DNA of 64,000 nucleotides from NCBI GenBank assembly GCA_963693365.1, contig CAVNZM010000002.1, positions 6,275,943 through 6,339,942 of the forward strand. The letters run 5' to 3'. Each line of letters begins with the position of its first letter. Positions within the stretch are counted from its first letter, which is position 1. The position numbers and the translations under genes are program-made. Source of the DNA: Amoebidium appalachense (taxonomy: Eukaryota > Protista > Ichthyosporea). Below, piece by piece: positions 1 through 37,158 of this stretch. A model generated the notes under the pieces. The model was not told the DNA's origin. It was given only the letters and a program-made list of their open reading frames with translations, and did no database searches.

Positions 1-479
1 CCCCCCCCCCCCCCCCCCCCCGGCCCATGGCATTCCCTGCCCCCCCAAAAATTTTTTTTATGCTTTTCATACTCAGTGACTGCAATCATGGCACCCGTGT
101 TTTCTAGATATATTTCCTTTCATTGTGTTCAACGTCTATGTGTGTGTGTGTGTGTGTGTGTGTGCATGTTTGTGTGTGTGTGAATGTGTGTGTGTGGGCA
201 AAGTGAAGGTTGTATGCGCTTTTTTCTTCTTAGTTGTTTTTGTATTCTATTCGAATATTACTTTGTGTGTAAATGTGGAAAAAAAACAAAGAAAAAAACA
301 ACGACCACCGCCCAGCTTGAATCACCCTAGCTCTAGTGTAAAACAATAATCATTATAGTCACAAACCCTTCTACTACACTCGCCCCAAATGTCATATTCA
401 CATTACTGAGTTGATTTAGTTGTGTGTTTAACTCTATTTTTTTCAACAACTGTCTGCTATTAAACAGTAAAATGTACAT

Positions 480-510
<31 letters not shown>

Positions 511-520
511 CCACAGGCCG

Positions 521-562
<42 letters not shown>

Positions 563-723
563 ATATAGAATTTACCGTCTTCATCCCCGTGTCCCCCTAA
601 ACCGGTGTTAGCGGACCTTTGAGGTTTTTGTGATTGGATTGGTAGTTCTATTACATTAAAATGTTCAAAATGTCGTTGTACCAATGATATAATACGTTGT
701 AAAACAAATGTCGCCGAATTTCT

Positions 724-1432
724 CTAAAAAAAAGTGCGTTCCATTCTGGGTTAGAAACCCAAACCGTTTTGATACGGGAATCACCTGATCTCTGCCGTCA
801 TTCAGCCCAGCGCGTTCACAGTGAATCCGAAACCGCTGGTTTTTTTCTTTTATTTCAAAGCCCCGAGTACGTACATCCTCTCGGGCCCAACTTTACGGCA
901 CTATATTTCAATTTTCTCATTATCAAATATATAGTTATTTTAGGCTTTTGCATTAGTATCGCAAGAATATTTAGCGATTTTGATGTCATAAAAACAACTA
1001 AGCAACGTTTCGATGGTTTTTGATGCCTCACAAAATGGCCTTAGGTCCCCTCCAAATTCCGGATTTGAGGTCCGGCACTAAAAAAGGTGCGTTCCATTCT
1101 GGGTTAGAAACGAAAACCGTTTTGATACGGGAATCACCTGATCTCTGCCGTCATTCAGCCCAGCGCGTTCACAGTAGACTCCGAAACCGCTGGTTTTTTT
1201 CTTTTATTTCAAAGCCCCGAGTACGTACATCCTCTCGGGCCCAACTTTACGGCACTATATTTCAATTTTCTCATTATCAAATATATAGTTATTTTAGGCT
1301 TTTTCATTAGTATCGCAAGAATATTTAGCGATTTTGATGTCATAAAAACAACTAAGCAACGTTTCGATGGTTTTTGATGCCTCACAAAATGGCCTTTGGT
1401 CCCCTCCAAATTCCGGATTTGAGGTCCGGCAA
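724..1432. repeat. Tandem duplication, 2 x ~354 bp near-identical units
   Basis: CTAAAAAA..GTGCGTTCCATTCTGGGTTAGAAAC...GAGGTCCGGCA starts at 724 and again at 1078, with few differences. The short ORFs 769 and 1020 repeat the same peptide. Confidence 0.95.
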
Positions 1433-1493
1433 ACAACGCATTATATATATTGTTAATATGAGGTGACGCCGGTCATATGCATCGAACCGGTAG

Positions 1494-1539
<46 letters not shown>

Positions 1540-2131
1540 ATCCTCCTCTCTCATGCTCTTCCCGCCCCATTCACTTCTTATCGAAGGCCTGATGTCAACG
1601 GCAGGCATACTATTTAGAACACTATGATATGTAGCCCTTGTCGTTGTCACGGTGGTCAGGTGGTGTGTCTGTGTGCGTGCACATTACAAACCTGCAAGTA
1701 CATGTACACGTTTGGTTGTGTGCGTGTATACGTGTGGATGTGTGCTGGTATGCACAATATGATGATAGTAAGAGTATTCATATGTAAGAGCATAACTGGA
1801 ACTCTGGGATGGAATTCTTTTCGGGGGAAATTGCATGATCCTCTGTTGGGCCACAGTGACACGTGTGTGGTCCGATTTATTTGCAAAGAATGTGTGTTGG
1901 TGCATCCTGTGTGCGTATACTGTACATATGTGTGTGTGTGTATTCGTGGTGTGTGTGTGTGTCATGATTGGGTGGTGCGGGGAGAGAGAGAGCCTCAGAG
2001 AGGGCTCGAGGGGCAGCGGGTGGGGCGGCGCACGTCCGGAAGACCCTTGGGTGGGCCCCGGGGCGCCATGGCCATCATGGCTGGGGGGCCGGACACGAGG
2101 GGGCTGACACTAAGCAGCCTACATAGCACTC

Positions 2132-2231
<100 letters not shown>

Positions 2232-2991
2232 AAAAAAACATACCCATGCACAGACACACACACGTGTCAAAGGCTTTACAGGCGTGCTCACATACACTTC
2301 GTGGGTTTGTGGAGGGAGGGTGAAAACAGGGAAGTGATGCCTGTAGGGGAGGCAGCTGCATAGGAGCTATGTAGGTGTGCACGTGTGTGTGTATGCGGGC
2401 GCACGTGCTTGTGGACATGCCCATGGACATATATGTGGGGGAAACAGTTGGAAATTTAAAGATTCTTTATGCGTGTAAATTTATATACGATAAAGGCTGA
2501 GAAGAATAAGGACGCTACAACTTTCGTGCACGTGTGCCTGCCTGTATGCATGGTTTTTTGCAGGCTCGGCCGGAGGCCCACAAGGGGAGGGGGTCCATGA
2601 GGAGGAAGTTGGGGCCCCGGGGGGAGAGGGGGGGGGGGGGGGGGGAGGGGGCGGGGGCCAGGGGGCTAGCTATGATACGTGTATGCACATGATTGAATAC
2701 ATGCCTTGCCGTTGTTAGATCTCTTTGTAAGAATGGCGGGGATTTGGCTAGCTATGATACATTGCACAGTAATCGAAAACATGCCTTTGCCGTTGCAGTT
2801 GCAGTTATAATGGCCGGCGGGGGGGGGGGGAGGGGGGGGAGAGGGGGGAGGGGGGGGCCGGGGAGAGGGGGCAGGCCGTCTCAGTTGTGAAGTGGCCTTT
2901 TTTGGGAGGGGGAAATTCTTTTTGAGTATATTTTCGAAGGGGAATTCTATTTGAATTATTTTTTTATCCTATCAGTGGTGTTTGAGGGGCG

Positions 2992-3039
<48 letters not shown>

Positions 3040-3076
3040 CTTCGCGAAAGTGGCCGCCGTTTTTTTTTTTTTTTTT

Positions 3077-3132
<56 letters not shown>

Positions 3133-3579
3133 CACAAATCATTCTTGTTATATTTTCTATTATAATTTTGGAGGGCCCCGGAGGCGAGATAAATATAGAA
3201 TAGAATGACTTGAACAAGTTGTGTGTTAGCTATCGAGGGATGTGATGTGCAAATCACACTGTCAGATTGTGTCTGTGTGCCAGTGTCTGTCTGTCGTTTG
3301 TGTGCGTGTGTGTCAAAATCAAGGGATATGCGCACACTCAGTATGTGTCCACAAGTGTCACAGTGAGTAACGGGGCCTGTGCTAAAAGGCGTCACGGTGT
3401 GTGTATGCATGAAGGTATGCGTGTCTGTGCGTTCTTTATCATACCCCGTTGAGCATAATCAAGTAGGAACTTAGTTGACACAAGCCGAAATAAATTGGTG
3501 CACCTGGCTGTGGAACCACTCAATATAGGTGAAGGGGGTGGTTGCAAGTGCTGGTATTGGTTTGACCATGGTGGTTGTT

Positions 3580-3621
<42 letters not shown>

Positions 3622-3731
3622 ACACAGAGTACCTGGCGTAACTCAGCCTAGGGTTTGAAACGTCTCTTGGGAATAAACTTTGATACACCGTATAAAGTTC
3701 ATGTTCTATTCCGTGGCTATACCCTCCCCCC

Positions 3732-3768
<37 letters not shown>

Positions 3769-5989
3769 CCCCGCCCCTTAACACAAGTCGCGCATTGGAA
3801 ATCAATACGGACACACACACAGCTGTAAATTCAATCAAACACTTGCAAAAACACACGTATCAACACGTCCGTGATCGCGCCACACACGCACACGCACACG
3901 CACACATGTGTGTGCACGGGTGCACACGTGCGTGCGACACACACACACAAACACGACGTACATGCACATAATTAATACACACTTACATGTGCCGTAACAC
4001 ACGTACATGCATGATATTTGAACACACAAACCCCATGGCCACGTCACACACCACACTATGACAGTGACACACACACACACACATACGTACGTAACACACA
4101 CATGTATCCGGGTTGTCGTGTGCTCGAAGTACCGGTGTAGGCTGCCTACCGGCCGTGGTGATACTTGCGGGTCGCCGACGGCATGCTTTGGATGGCTTCT
4201 TCTCCCCCTCCTCCCCTCCTCCCCCCCCCCCCCTCTCCCTCCCTTCCCCTTCCCCCCGGGGCCTCCCCCCTCCCCCTCCCCCCCCCCCCCTCCCCCCCCC
4301 CCCCCCCCCCCTACCTACACTGGCACACACACCGTGACACACACACACACACACACACATTTGCACATGTCACACACACCCTCACCACTTGGACTCGTGG
4401 TCACCATGGCGTACATGGTACCACCACGGTGCAACTAACATGTTCTGTTTGTTGCAGTTCTGGTTGCTGGTGTGTTTGATTGCCCACCACCCACATCACG
4501 TCTTTCTTGATTGATTGTTTCTATAGCTCCCGGGCTATGGGCACGTTCACATGGAGGGGATACAGTAGTAGCCACGAGTACTTGCCACCTGTGATATAGA
4601 TACATAACAACAATTGTCCCGATAATTATATTATTTCAAATATCCCGACATGGTAATGCTATGAACAACCAGCCAAAAAAAAGGTAGCAATATAAATACC
4701 CCAAATCACTTTTCACAATGACAGGGTATGATACATCAATATCACGGTAGGAAGATTTTCTTTTTTAGACAATCACTGAAAAGTGAAGACAATCCGGCAA
4801 TTTAAAAACGGCGGATCAAACACATCAAACAACTGATGATTGGTTAAAATTTATATAAAGAACGGAGATCATGTACTTCTTGAGTTAACCAATTGAGATA
4901 TGTGTCTGGTCCCAGGTGTACACGTGCATGTTCCAAGACGTGCAAGCGAGAGAGTCCGAGAAAGAGTGCGCGAGTACGGATGAGGCTGGACGTGTGCGCG
5001 TGTGTTCGATTGGTTGGGAGCTACTGCGATAGGGGGGGGAAAGGGGGAAGGCGGGGAAGGGGGGGGGGGGGGGGAGGGGGGAGGGGGGGGGGGGGGGAAA
5101 GAGAAGAGAAAGGGAGGGGAGATCTGGGAAGCTAAGGGGGAGGGCCCGGGGGTGGGTGCACGTGGGTGTGTGTGGAAGGGGGGGGGGGGGGGAGAGGGGG
5201 GGGGGGGGGATGGGGAGGGGAGGGAGGGAAGGGAGGGAAGGGAGGGAAGGGAGGGAGGGAGAGGGACTCCGGGAGGGAAGGAGCTAATATTAGGGAGGGA
5301 GAGAGAGAAGGAAAGAAAGTAATAGGGAAAGACGCCGAAAAAGTCTCCGGAGAGAGTGTGTGCATGTGTTTGCACGCAAGTTGGCTTACACAATGATTAT
5401 AGCCCCATGAGGCGCACCCACACGGATTGATGTCGATATATCACCGTGGCCGGCCGGCAGTACCACACACCAGCCCCTGCCCGGAAACACAGACTACACG
5501 GCGTGTGTGGGAGTGTGGTGTGCACACACTGCTACCAAAAACATCGCTTGTTACTGTTCGGGGGATTAAAAGATTTTAGGTTCGCGTACAGTCTTAACAT
5601 CAAATCGGAGTGCTAGTTCTAAAGGGTGTATGAAGTAGGCGAGTATACACGTCTTACTGAAACACAATCCACTACGGAGGGGCAAAAAAAAAAAAAAAAA
5701 AAAGTTTGCATGTCTCCGGTCTGACTCACTATCCCCCCCCCCCCTCTCTCACGGTGTGTGTGCATGGATTCTCGTTTCCAACACTAATTTGGTGTGCCCG
5801 GCGAATGCACAGCTATGCTTTCGAAAATAGAGGGCCCGTTTAACAACAAATTTTCGAGGGCACGTTTAACAAAATTCACACACACGGGGCAAATCAAGTG
5901 GGTGTTGGTGTTGGCTCAAGATGTGTGTGTACGTGTGCTTGCATTTGTGTTCGGTGTGCGTTTGTGCCTGTGCGTGTGTATGCGCACAT

Positions 5990-6034
<45 letters not shown>

Positions 6035-6240
6035 TGTATGTGTGTGTGTGTGCGCGTGTGTGCGTGTGTTTGCTGCTGCCCAACAGAATTGATCAATGTA
6101 CATGCAACAGCGACAGGTTGCATCAACCCTGGGCTGCCATAAACAACACAAGAAACTAAAAACAGCCCCATGTTACTCGTTGGAGAAAACCTACAACACA
6201 ATGTTAAAAGCCAGCCAACCAATCCCATCCTACCTACAAC

Positions 6241-14920
<8,680 letters not shown>

Positions 14921-15707
14921 GTTCTTCTGCCTGTCTACCAGGGTAAACTCGGTGAGGGGACAGAAAAAAAAAAGGCTAGTGTCTCTTGTGTTAGGTGTAC
15001 AGAGGTGCCTGCGCACGCATGATTGCTGCCGTAACACTGTCCCAGTAGACTGGCACCCAGACAGCTTAGGCACTCCTTTGTTTCGTAGAAATCTGGTTTA
15101 CTGCAGCAGATTAGGGTACGTGCATGCTAAACTATCAAACCAGTGTGTCTATATCTACAAACGAAAATCGGCTACCGGCTTTCATAAACAAGCCAACACT
15201 ATTACAGATACAGAGCGTTATTTTCAACGTCGAGCACAACACTTTACACTAAATCGTCCATTCAACATGCTCATTTCAAGAAAATACTGCTCATCTGACT
15301 TGGCGAAATTTGCGGCGTACATTTCGATTTGTGAACCCGCAACAGCCTCGTGACGTCACAAAAGAGCGCGGTAAATTCGCCACAAAAGATGGGGCTCAAG
15401 TCTAGATTTCGACATAAGTACTGAATAATAGTTGCGTCTTCCTTTATCTTATCCCATAAAAATCGGGTAAACTTCAGAAAACCGTAAATATAAAAACCTA
15501 TAAAAAACGCAATAAGATCTTTTGGACGGGTTTTTGAATGATTTGCTGTGATTGGCTGCTGTCTGTCTGTCGACCACCGGCCCTCAAAAATTCCTCAGAC
15601 TGGCCGATCGCGAAGAATTCATGTTTTCGTTTCAGAGTCTCATCTTTTATTTTTCCCCGCCCCTCTGAGCGTACACACATGCTTTGAAAACTCTTAGCTG
15701 CTTTATA
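14921..15707. promoter_or_regulatory. Putative bidirectional promoter between the divergent kinase and dehydratase genes; CRE/ATF palindrome TGACGTCA at 15351-15358
   Basis: Head-to-head ATGs lie ~790 bp apart, the region is free of microsatellites, and the palindrome is seen directly. Confidence 0.5.
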
Positions 15708-20955
<5,248 letters not shown>

Positions 20956-21545
20956 TGTGCGTATGTAGTGTGGCAAGCAAGTGTTTGGTGCTAATTTGGT
21001 ATTGCGTAGCCATCTTCGAAGGTGTGTGGTGATTGCACACACGCACACAGCAGGCACATTCTCACGTGTCTTCACAATTACTGTGACACGTGCACCAACA
21101 CAGTGATCTCAGTGTTGGCCCGTATATTAGACTGTTGAGCACGTCCGTGATGTATGGCTAGTCGACTGCTGCTGCAATTGGGAGGTGTTATAATGATATC
21201 ATGTTAGGCGTCACGGCGCATGCACGGGCCTTCTGGAAAGTTCTAGTCGGAAGTTCTTCTCTCAGTAACATCACTTACTACTACTGTAAGTAGAGGATCA
21301 GTATCCTCCGATGTATATAACATGCTTGAATTCCGGACAAAAAGCTTGTCAATGAGTCAGGCGTGACTGCAAAAACCCCCATTCCCGAGACTGGTCCTTT
21401 CTTTTGTAAACAGCGAATATTCACAAGCACTGTGCAATGGCCAGCTCGGAAATTGGCTCCTCTTTCATTTTCTGTTTTTTGTTTTTCTTTAACGGCAATA
21501 TAAAATAAAAATAAAATTCTGCATTCACGGCAATCGACTCCCCTC

Positions 21546-21630
<85 letters not shown>

Positions 21631-21730
21631 CCACCAGTGCCACCACCACCACCACGGGCCCCCCTCCCCGCCTCCCGGCCCCCAACACACACACACACAC
21701 ACATACGGCCACCCCACCTGCCGGGTACGG

Positions 21731-21800
<70 letters not shown>

Positions 21801-22430
21801 CCATATATTACGGAGCACCCAATAGATTAACGGCTAATGGTTCAATACAGACTACGTACCCCGACAGACTACATAGATTAGCTGACTCCCGGGATAATTT
21901 CATTTTTGAAACGACATCACACTAAATATTTTCACACATGGAAGTATCTCAAGGCGACGTCACATGCTATAGCGATTTTATAAATTAGCCGGTGGCGGCC
22001 AAATTTTGGTAGTCTGACAGCGTACATAGTCTTTATTGAACTGTTGGTCCCTAAAGGGTACAGTGGCTAATATTACATTCCTATCTGACAATCATCCATA
22101 CATGCGTGAAATTTCATCATCGGCGAAGTTTAACAGCAAAACCATAGAAACAAAGACTTCACGCACCCCTACCTCACATTCAGTAGTCGGCCAGATCACA
22201 CTCAGGACCAATCTGTGACCAGCATACACGATGGTCTTAGTGCAATTAATTGCAAAGTGCCAATTTAACAGGCCAATTAGAAATATGCTTTCATGCCATT
22301 AAAACGACTAAATACATACATTCATGCATAGTCACGTTCGTCCACCAAATCCAGTTCAGATCTAGACGTAAGGATATTCCACTAATCAGTGATCGATTTC
22401 CCTAATTTATAAGCCGAGGTGTGTCATTGG

Positions 22431-27323
<4,893 letters not shown>

Positions 27324-27585
27324 AGTGGCGCTAGAAGGGTGCTTGGGCCGGTGTTTATGTTAGGTGGGATAGGTTGCCCCAGGAGAGGCTGGTCAGTGCA
27401 TAGCCGTCAATTGCAATGTTCCGCCTGTGATGTTCGTTCAAAAGTACCTGCTGCTGCTCTCTCTGGTGCTCACTCTAGTCGGCGAACACCTGTTACGTAA
27501 TCCTAGTTGGTGACGTCATCCCCCCTAGGCCTCCCTCTTCCCCCCCCCCGCTCTTCCCTCCTCCACCCCCCCACGCACACACACC

Positions 27586-27662
<77 letters not shown>

Positions 27663-28668
27663 CGTACACACACACACACACACACACACCATCATTTCCG
27701 CCACAACGTTACGCATGCAACGTACCTCTTTTTTGGCTTTTCATTTTTATTTTATTTTTTTATTCATTTGCTTTTTTTGGTGGGGGGGGGGGGGGAAGGG
27801 CGGCGGGGGCCGGGGGAGGGGGGAGGGGGTGGGCTCTCTGGGGGGGGGGGGGGGGGGGGGGGTATGGCCTGTGTATGTGGGGGGGGGGGGGGGGGGGGGT
27901 GGGGCCGGGGGGGAGGGGGGGAGGGGGGAGGGGGGAAGGGGGAGGCCTAGACAACAAAAAGCACCGTGAAGGGCGATCAAGCTTGGCCAAGTTGGGTGCA
28001 GTGCATCCTCAAATTGTAGCACCGATATTATTGCAATGGCAAAGTATACGTGCGGGTGTCTATGTATGTGCACAAAATAACGCAATAAACTCAGAGTCTG
28101 AATCAGATGTTAACACGTGCAGCGTGTCCGGAATCATTCCACGGTCCAGGTGTGCACGTGCGTGCCGGGCAGCGCCTGCGCATGCGAATGCCAAAGTCGT
28201 GATAAAAAACTATGACCAAGTCATACTAATTAAGACTTTAGTATTAGAATAATTGGGGGAGGGGGGGGGGGGGGGAAGATTCTAGAGGCTACAGTCTTGA
28301 AGGGGGGGGGGGGGGAGGGGGTGATGTTATATAACGGGGGCTGGGTTGGGGGAGGGAGGGAGGGAAGGGAGGGGGAGGGGGGGAGGGGGGGGAGGAGGGG
28401 GGATTTCTGGATCTATCTGCACAATTCGGGGGGAAGGGGGGAAAATCAAGTGCTGAAGATAGCATTTTCTTTCTGATTAGCTTGAAGCTAGGTTTTGTGT
28501 ATCTGCGGTGGCGGTGTGCACTTCCAGAAAAAAAAAAACTTAAGCAAGTCAGGGTTCACACAAACAACAAGCCACACCAAAAGTTTAAGTGAGTTGAAAC
28601 AACAACAAATCTGAAAGCCATTGTGTGTGACAGTCCCACGATGTGTGTGTGTGGCAGTGCGTGAGTGA

Positions 28669-28718
<50 letters not shown>

Positions 28719-28934
28719 ATGCGTCTGTGTTTGTGGGCGCGCGTGTGTGCACAAATGTGCAGTGGCCCCAAAAAACTTTCAAAAAAAAGGCAAGTGGACA
28801 CTCATTGTTTCTCTAGTTGCCTCCGAATCCACTCCACAGTGTTCCGAGATTCCACACACCGCATGCATGCATGCCGCGGTGTCTGGCCATGTGCCTCGGG
28901 CCGGTCCTCACTCTTGCAAGCATATGTGGCATAG

Positions 28935-28969
<35 letters not shown>

Positions 28970-29415
28970 CCTCCCCCTCCACACCCCCTCCCTTCCCCAC
29001 GCACGCACATCTTCCCGAGTCCAAGAAAAAGGTCCCCTGGAGGGGGGGGGGGGGGGGGGGGGATTGGTTATGTGTCAGTGATATGGCGTGGGTCAAGTTT
29101 GTGGCATGTGTATGTGTGTGTGTGTTTGTGTGTGCGTGTGTTTTTGTGAGTGTGTGTGTGCGCTCGAGGACGGGCGCGTGAGTGCGCACGTGTGTGTGTG
29201 TGTATCATTATGATTTGTGTGTGTGTGTGTGCGTGCGTGTGTGTCAGCCTGTACAGTTGTGTGTGTGCCTGTCTGTGTGTGTTTGCGTATGTGTGTGTGT
29301 GTACGCGTAGTAACGTTGTATGTATTACAAGCCAATATAAAAGCAACAAAGGCCACGGCTCAAAGTCTCTACGAAACCCAAAATAAAACAACCTCTTCGA
29401 AAAACTTCAGAACAC

Positions 29416-29492
<77 letters not shown>

Positions 29493-29751
29493 AAAAAGAA
29501 AAAGGAGTCACGTGAGTGCAATGTCGTGCTCTACAAGGCAGGTTTTGAGACTTGCCAAAAACGGCATCTATGCACATGGCTATGAGAAGTGACCAGCCCA
29601 CGTTGGCCAGTGTGACACATGTAAAACATAAGGCATATATAGCCTGCCGAGTGTCATATCATTGCAGTGCACGGCTGCCGTGCACGTGTTACCAACCCCC
29701 CCCCTCCCCCCAACCCCTCCCCCCCCCCCCCCCCTCTCTCCCCCCCCCCTC

Positions 29752-29785
<34 letters not shown>

Positions 29786-31594
29786 TCCCCCCTCCCCCTC
29801 CCCCCACCGGCACCGGCACCCCCCCACCCCCCACCCCCCACCTCCGGCCCGCTAATATCGAAAAACGAAACAACAAAACAAAACAAAAAAGAACCTCCCA
29901 CACGGCCCCACGCACCAAAAAGAGGTCACGGCTCCTTTTCGTTTTTTTGTTTTTTTTTTTTGAAGAGGGGGGAGGGGGGGGGGGGGGGGGGGGAGGGGGG
30001 GGGGGTAAGCATTGGTTGTAGGGTTATTAATAATATAATGAAGAGACATCAAAATACAAAACACAAAACTGATTAAATGTAAAAGACCAGAAATCAACCC
30101 GGGAGGGGAAAAAAAAAAACAAACAAAAAAAAACCTGTATGTAGGTATAAGTTGAAGAGAGACCCAGCGACCCATGATCATTAGGGGCTGGGGGGCGATC
30201 CTGGGGTAAAACCCCTGGGCTGTGTGTACGAAAATTAGGGTTGGCAATAATGTGTTCGACACTGTGTTTAAAAATAAACTTTAGCTTAACTGATGGCACC
30301 AGATCACCCTAGCTAGAGTAGAGTCGGTGCTGGATGGAAGACGGTACATCCTCTGATGGACCCTGAGGGGATAAAATTAAAATAAAAAAATAAAATAAAA
30401 AACTAATTTAGGGGCCGAGGGAGGGAGGAAGGGAGGGAGGAAGGAGGGGGTGGGGGGGGGGGGGGGGGGGGGAGGGGAGGGGGGGAGGGGGGAGGGTTTC
30501 AACTCGGATACAAAACCCTGCTACAGCCAAAGAACCAAATCACATAACCTCCTAACAACCCCTATACATACGCGTCCAGTCTATGCCTTTTCTTTTGCAA
30601 CGTTAACGTGTACATAATCTCATGAATTATATATTACGAAGTACGTACATGTACAGTAGGTCGGTGCGTACATACCGGCACGGGCTCTGGGCCATGTGTA
30701 ATCGCTCTGCCCTACGATTGTCAGCAAAGCGGAGCGTTTATTAGGTTTGGGATCTAATTAAATATTAGAAACACCAGAGGGCAGGGGCACTCGTTTTCTT
30801 CTTTTCCTTCTTTTTTGAAGAATGCTGTGCATAGTCATACATTCCATGCTGAGCGGTCTTCATACATTTCCGTCCGACCCATTTGCAATACGCTCAAAAG
30901 GGTCATTCATGTTTGCTTTCAATGATATGTACATTGTATCCTATGGGCCATGTGCATGAGCATGTGCTTTCCTAGGCTCCTTTTATAGGTTGACTCCAAC
31001 AATCCTGCCATATACATATGTATACGTTCGCACATACGCCCATAAATATGAGTACCTACAGCTGCATGCAGCTTGCTTGGATAAGCCCTGTGTTTTAGTT
31101 TTTTTTAGGATACTCATGCATATGCTTACTTGCTTACAGTACCTATGGCCCAAGAAAAACATGTATTCGGAGCTAGGCACGTGACACCCTTGGTACCCTT
31201 GGGATCTTGATCGCCGGTGCAAAACAGATCTATTGAAACTATTGGAGCTTTTGATTCGCCAGACTGCAGAGCGGCTATTGGCTGCCTTTGCAACACTTCA
31301 GATCGCACCGTAATATTGGCTGCAAGGTCAAGATCTCTTGTCCAACCATTTCGCTCGATCTCGCATCGTGCGGTCCTTAGGACTAGTCACGTGACCTGGT
31401 AACTTTGAGATCACACCCCACCAAACAAGACCAATGCACCCCTATCCATGCAGGTCTTCCAATATAGAGTTACCGATAGTCTTACATCAGATACCCTTAC
31501 TTGTGCCATAAGCGCGGCTATAAAAGCACTCAAATACAACCACTTCACATGTTGAAATCTGCCTTGCAACCCAACAGGATTGAGCGCAAAAAAG

Positions 31595-36094
<4,500 letters not shown>

Positions 36095-36507
36095 TATAGC
36101 ATATGTTACAAAGATCAGTTTTGAGTGGGTGAATTTTATTTAGTATTGCTGGTAGACATGGTATCGGTTGTACCGTACCTTAAAGTAGCATATCACATTG
36201 TTGAGTTTAATTAAGGGCAAGGGATTCCATTTGTCGCCTGTAGAAGAAAGGTGGGGAGATTGGGGAGACAGTTACTATGATACCATAATTAGCAGTGCAT
36301 ATGTTGACATGTACATGTATGCACGTGTGCGAGCAGCTTTATGGTGAGAATCAGCCAGTCGAACACAGATTGGTAAATAAAACAGAGTGAGGAAACACGT
36401 GTTCAGGTGCATCCAGGCATGTTTACTCACTATGTGCGGAGGCACCTCGGTGCACGTGCTTGCTTGCCTAGCTACTGGAAAGAATGACATCTGCACATGT
36501 GTGGGCC

Positions 36508-37118
36508 TGTTGTATAAAATGATCGTGTGTCCGTGACAAACAATATATTGTTAAATGAACGGGGTTGACTAGACCACGCTTTGCTAAGTTACGTGCTAGT
36601 CCTACTTACACCTAGTAAGCTGAGCACACTGAGTGAGCTCTGAAGCCCCCGACATGCCCTTATATCGGAGCTCGCACAGCGGCTCAGACATGCGCATCGG
36701 TATGTCCTTTTTTGGCTACGAGAGCCAATCACATACGGTTCACGGTTCTGTCCCATGGCTATCACGGTTCCAATAAACTTAGTGAGCCAATCGGGTGACA
36801 GTACTTGACTAGCGATGCATTCCACAGTCATACCTCACGGCTACTTGCATATTTTCCCATGATAAAACTATAACTTAACGCTCATGGTTCCTCTACTACG
36901 TGTCGGTCCCATGTGACTATTATATCTGTTTTCCCATGAATAATCCTGCAAGCTGCACGTGCACATATGTTTAACTCCATGCTCATGCGCACAAGACTGG
37001 GGGGGACATGCATACTGGCCTACCTAAGATCAAACACAGTGGTATATATACATGTACACGTGCGCGTATATCTCAACCTGTGTACATCCATACTAGATAT
37101 CCGGTATAATATACCACA
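36508..37118 (-). repeat. 3' LTR (611 bp, uninterrupted)
   Basis: TGTTGTATAAAATG...ATATACCACA is near-identical to 41036-41289 joined to 47573-47941. A purine-rich GGTGGGGCG (PPT-like) precedes it on the - strand. Confidence 0.97.
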
Positions 37119-37158
37119 CGCCCCACCGTAAAAAGAAGTATGTCGTCCTCGACATACG

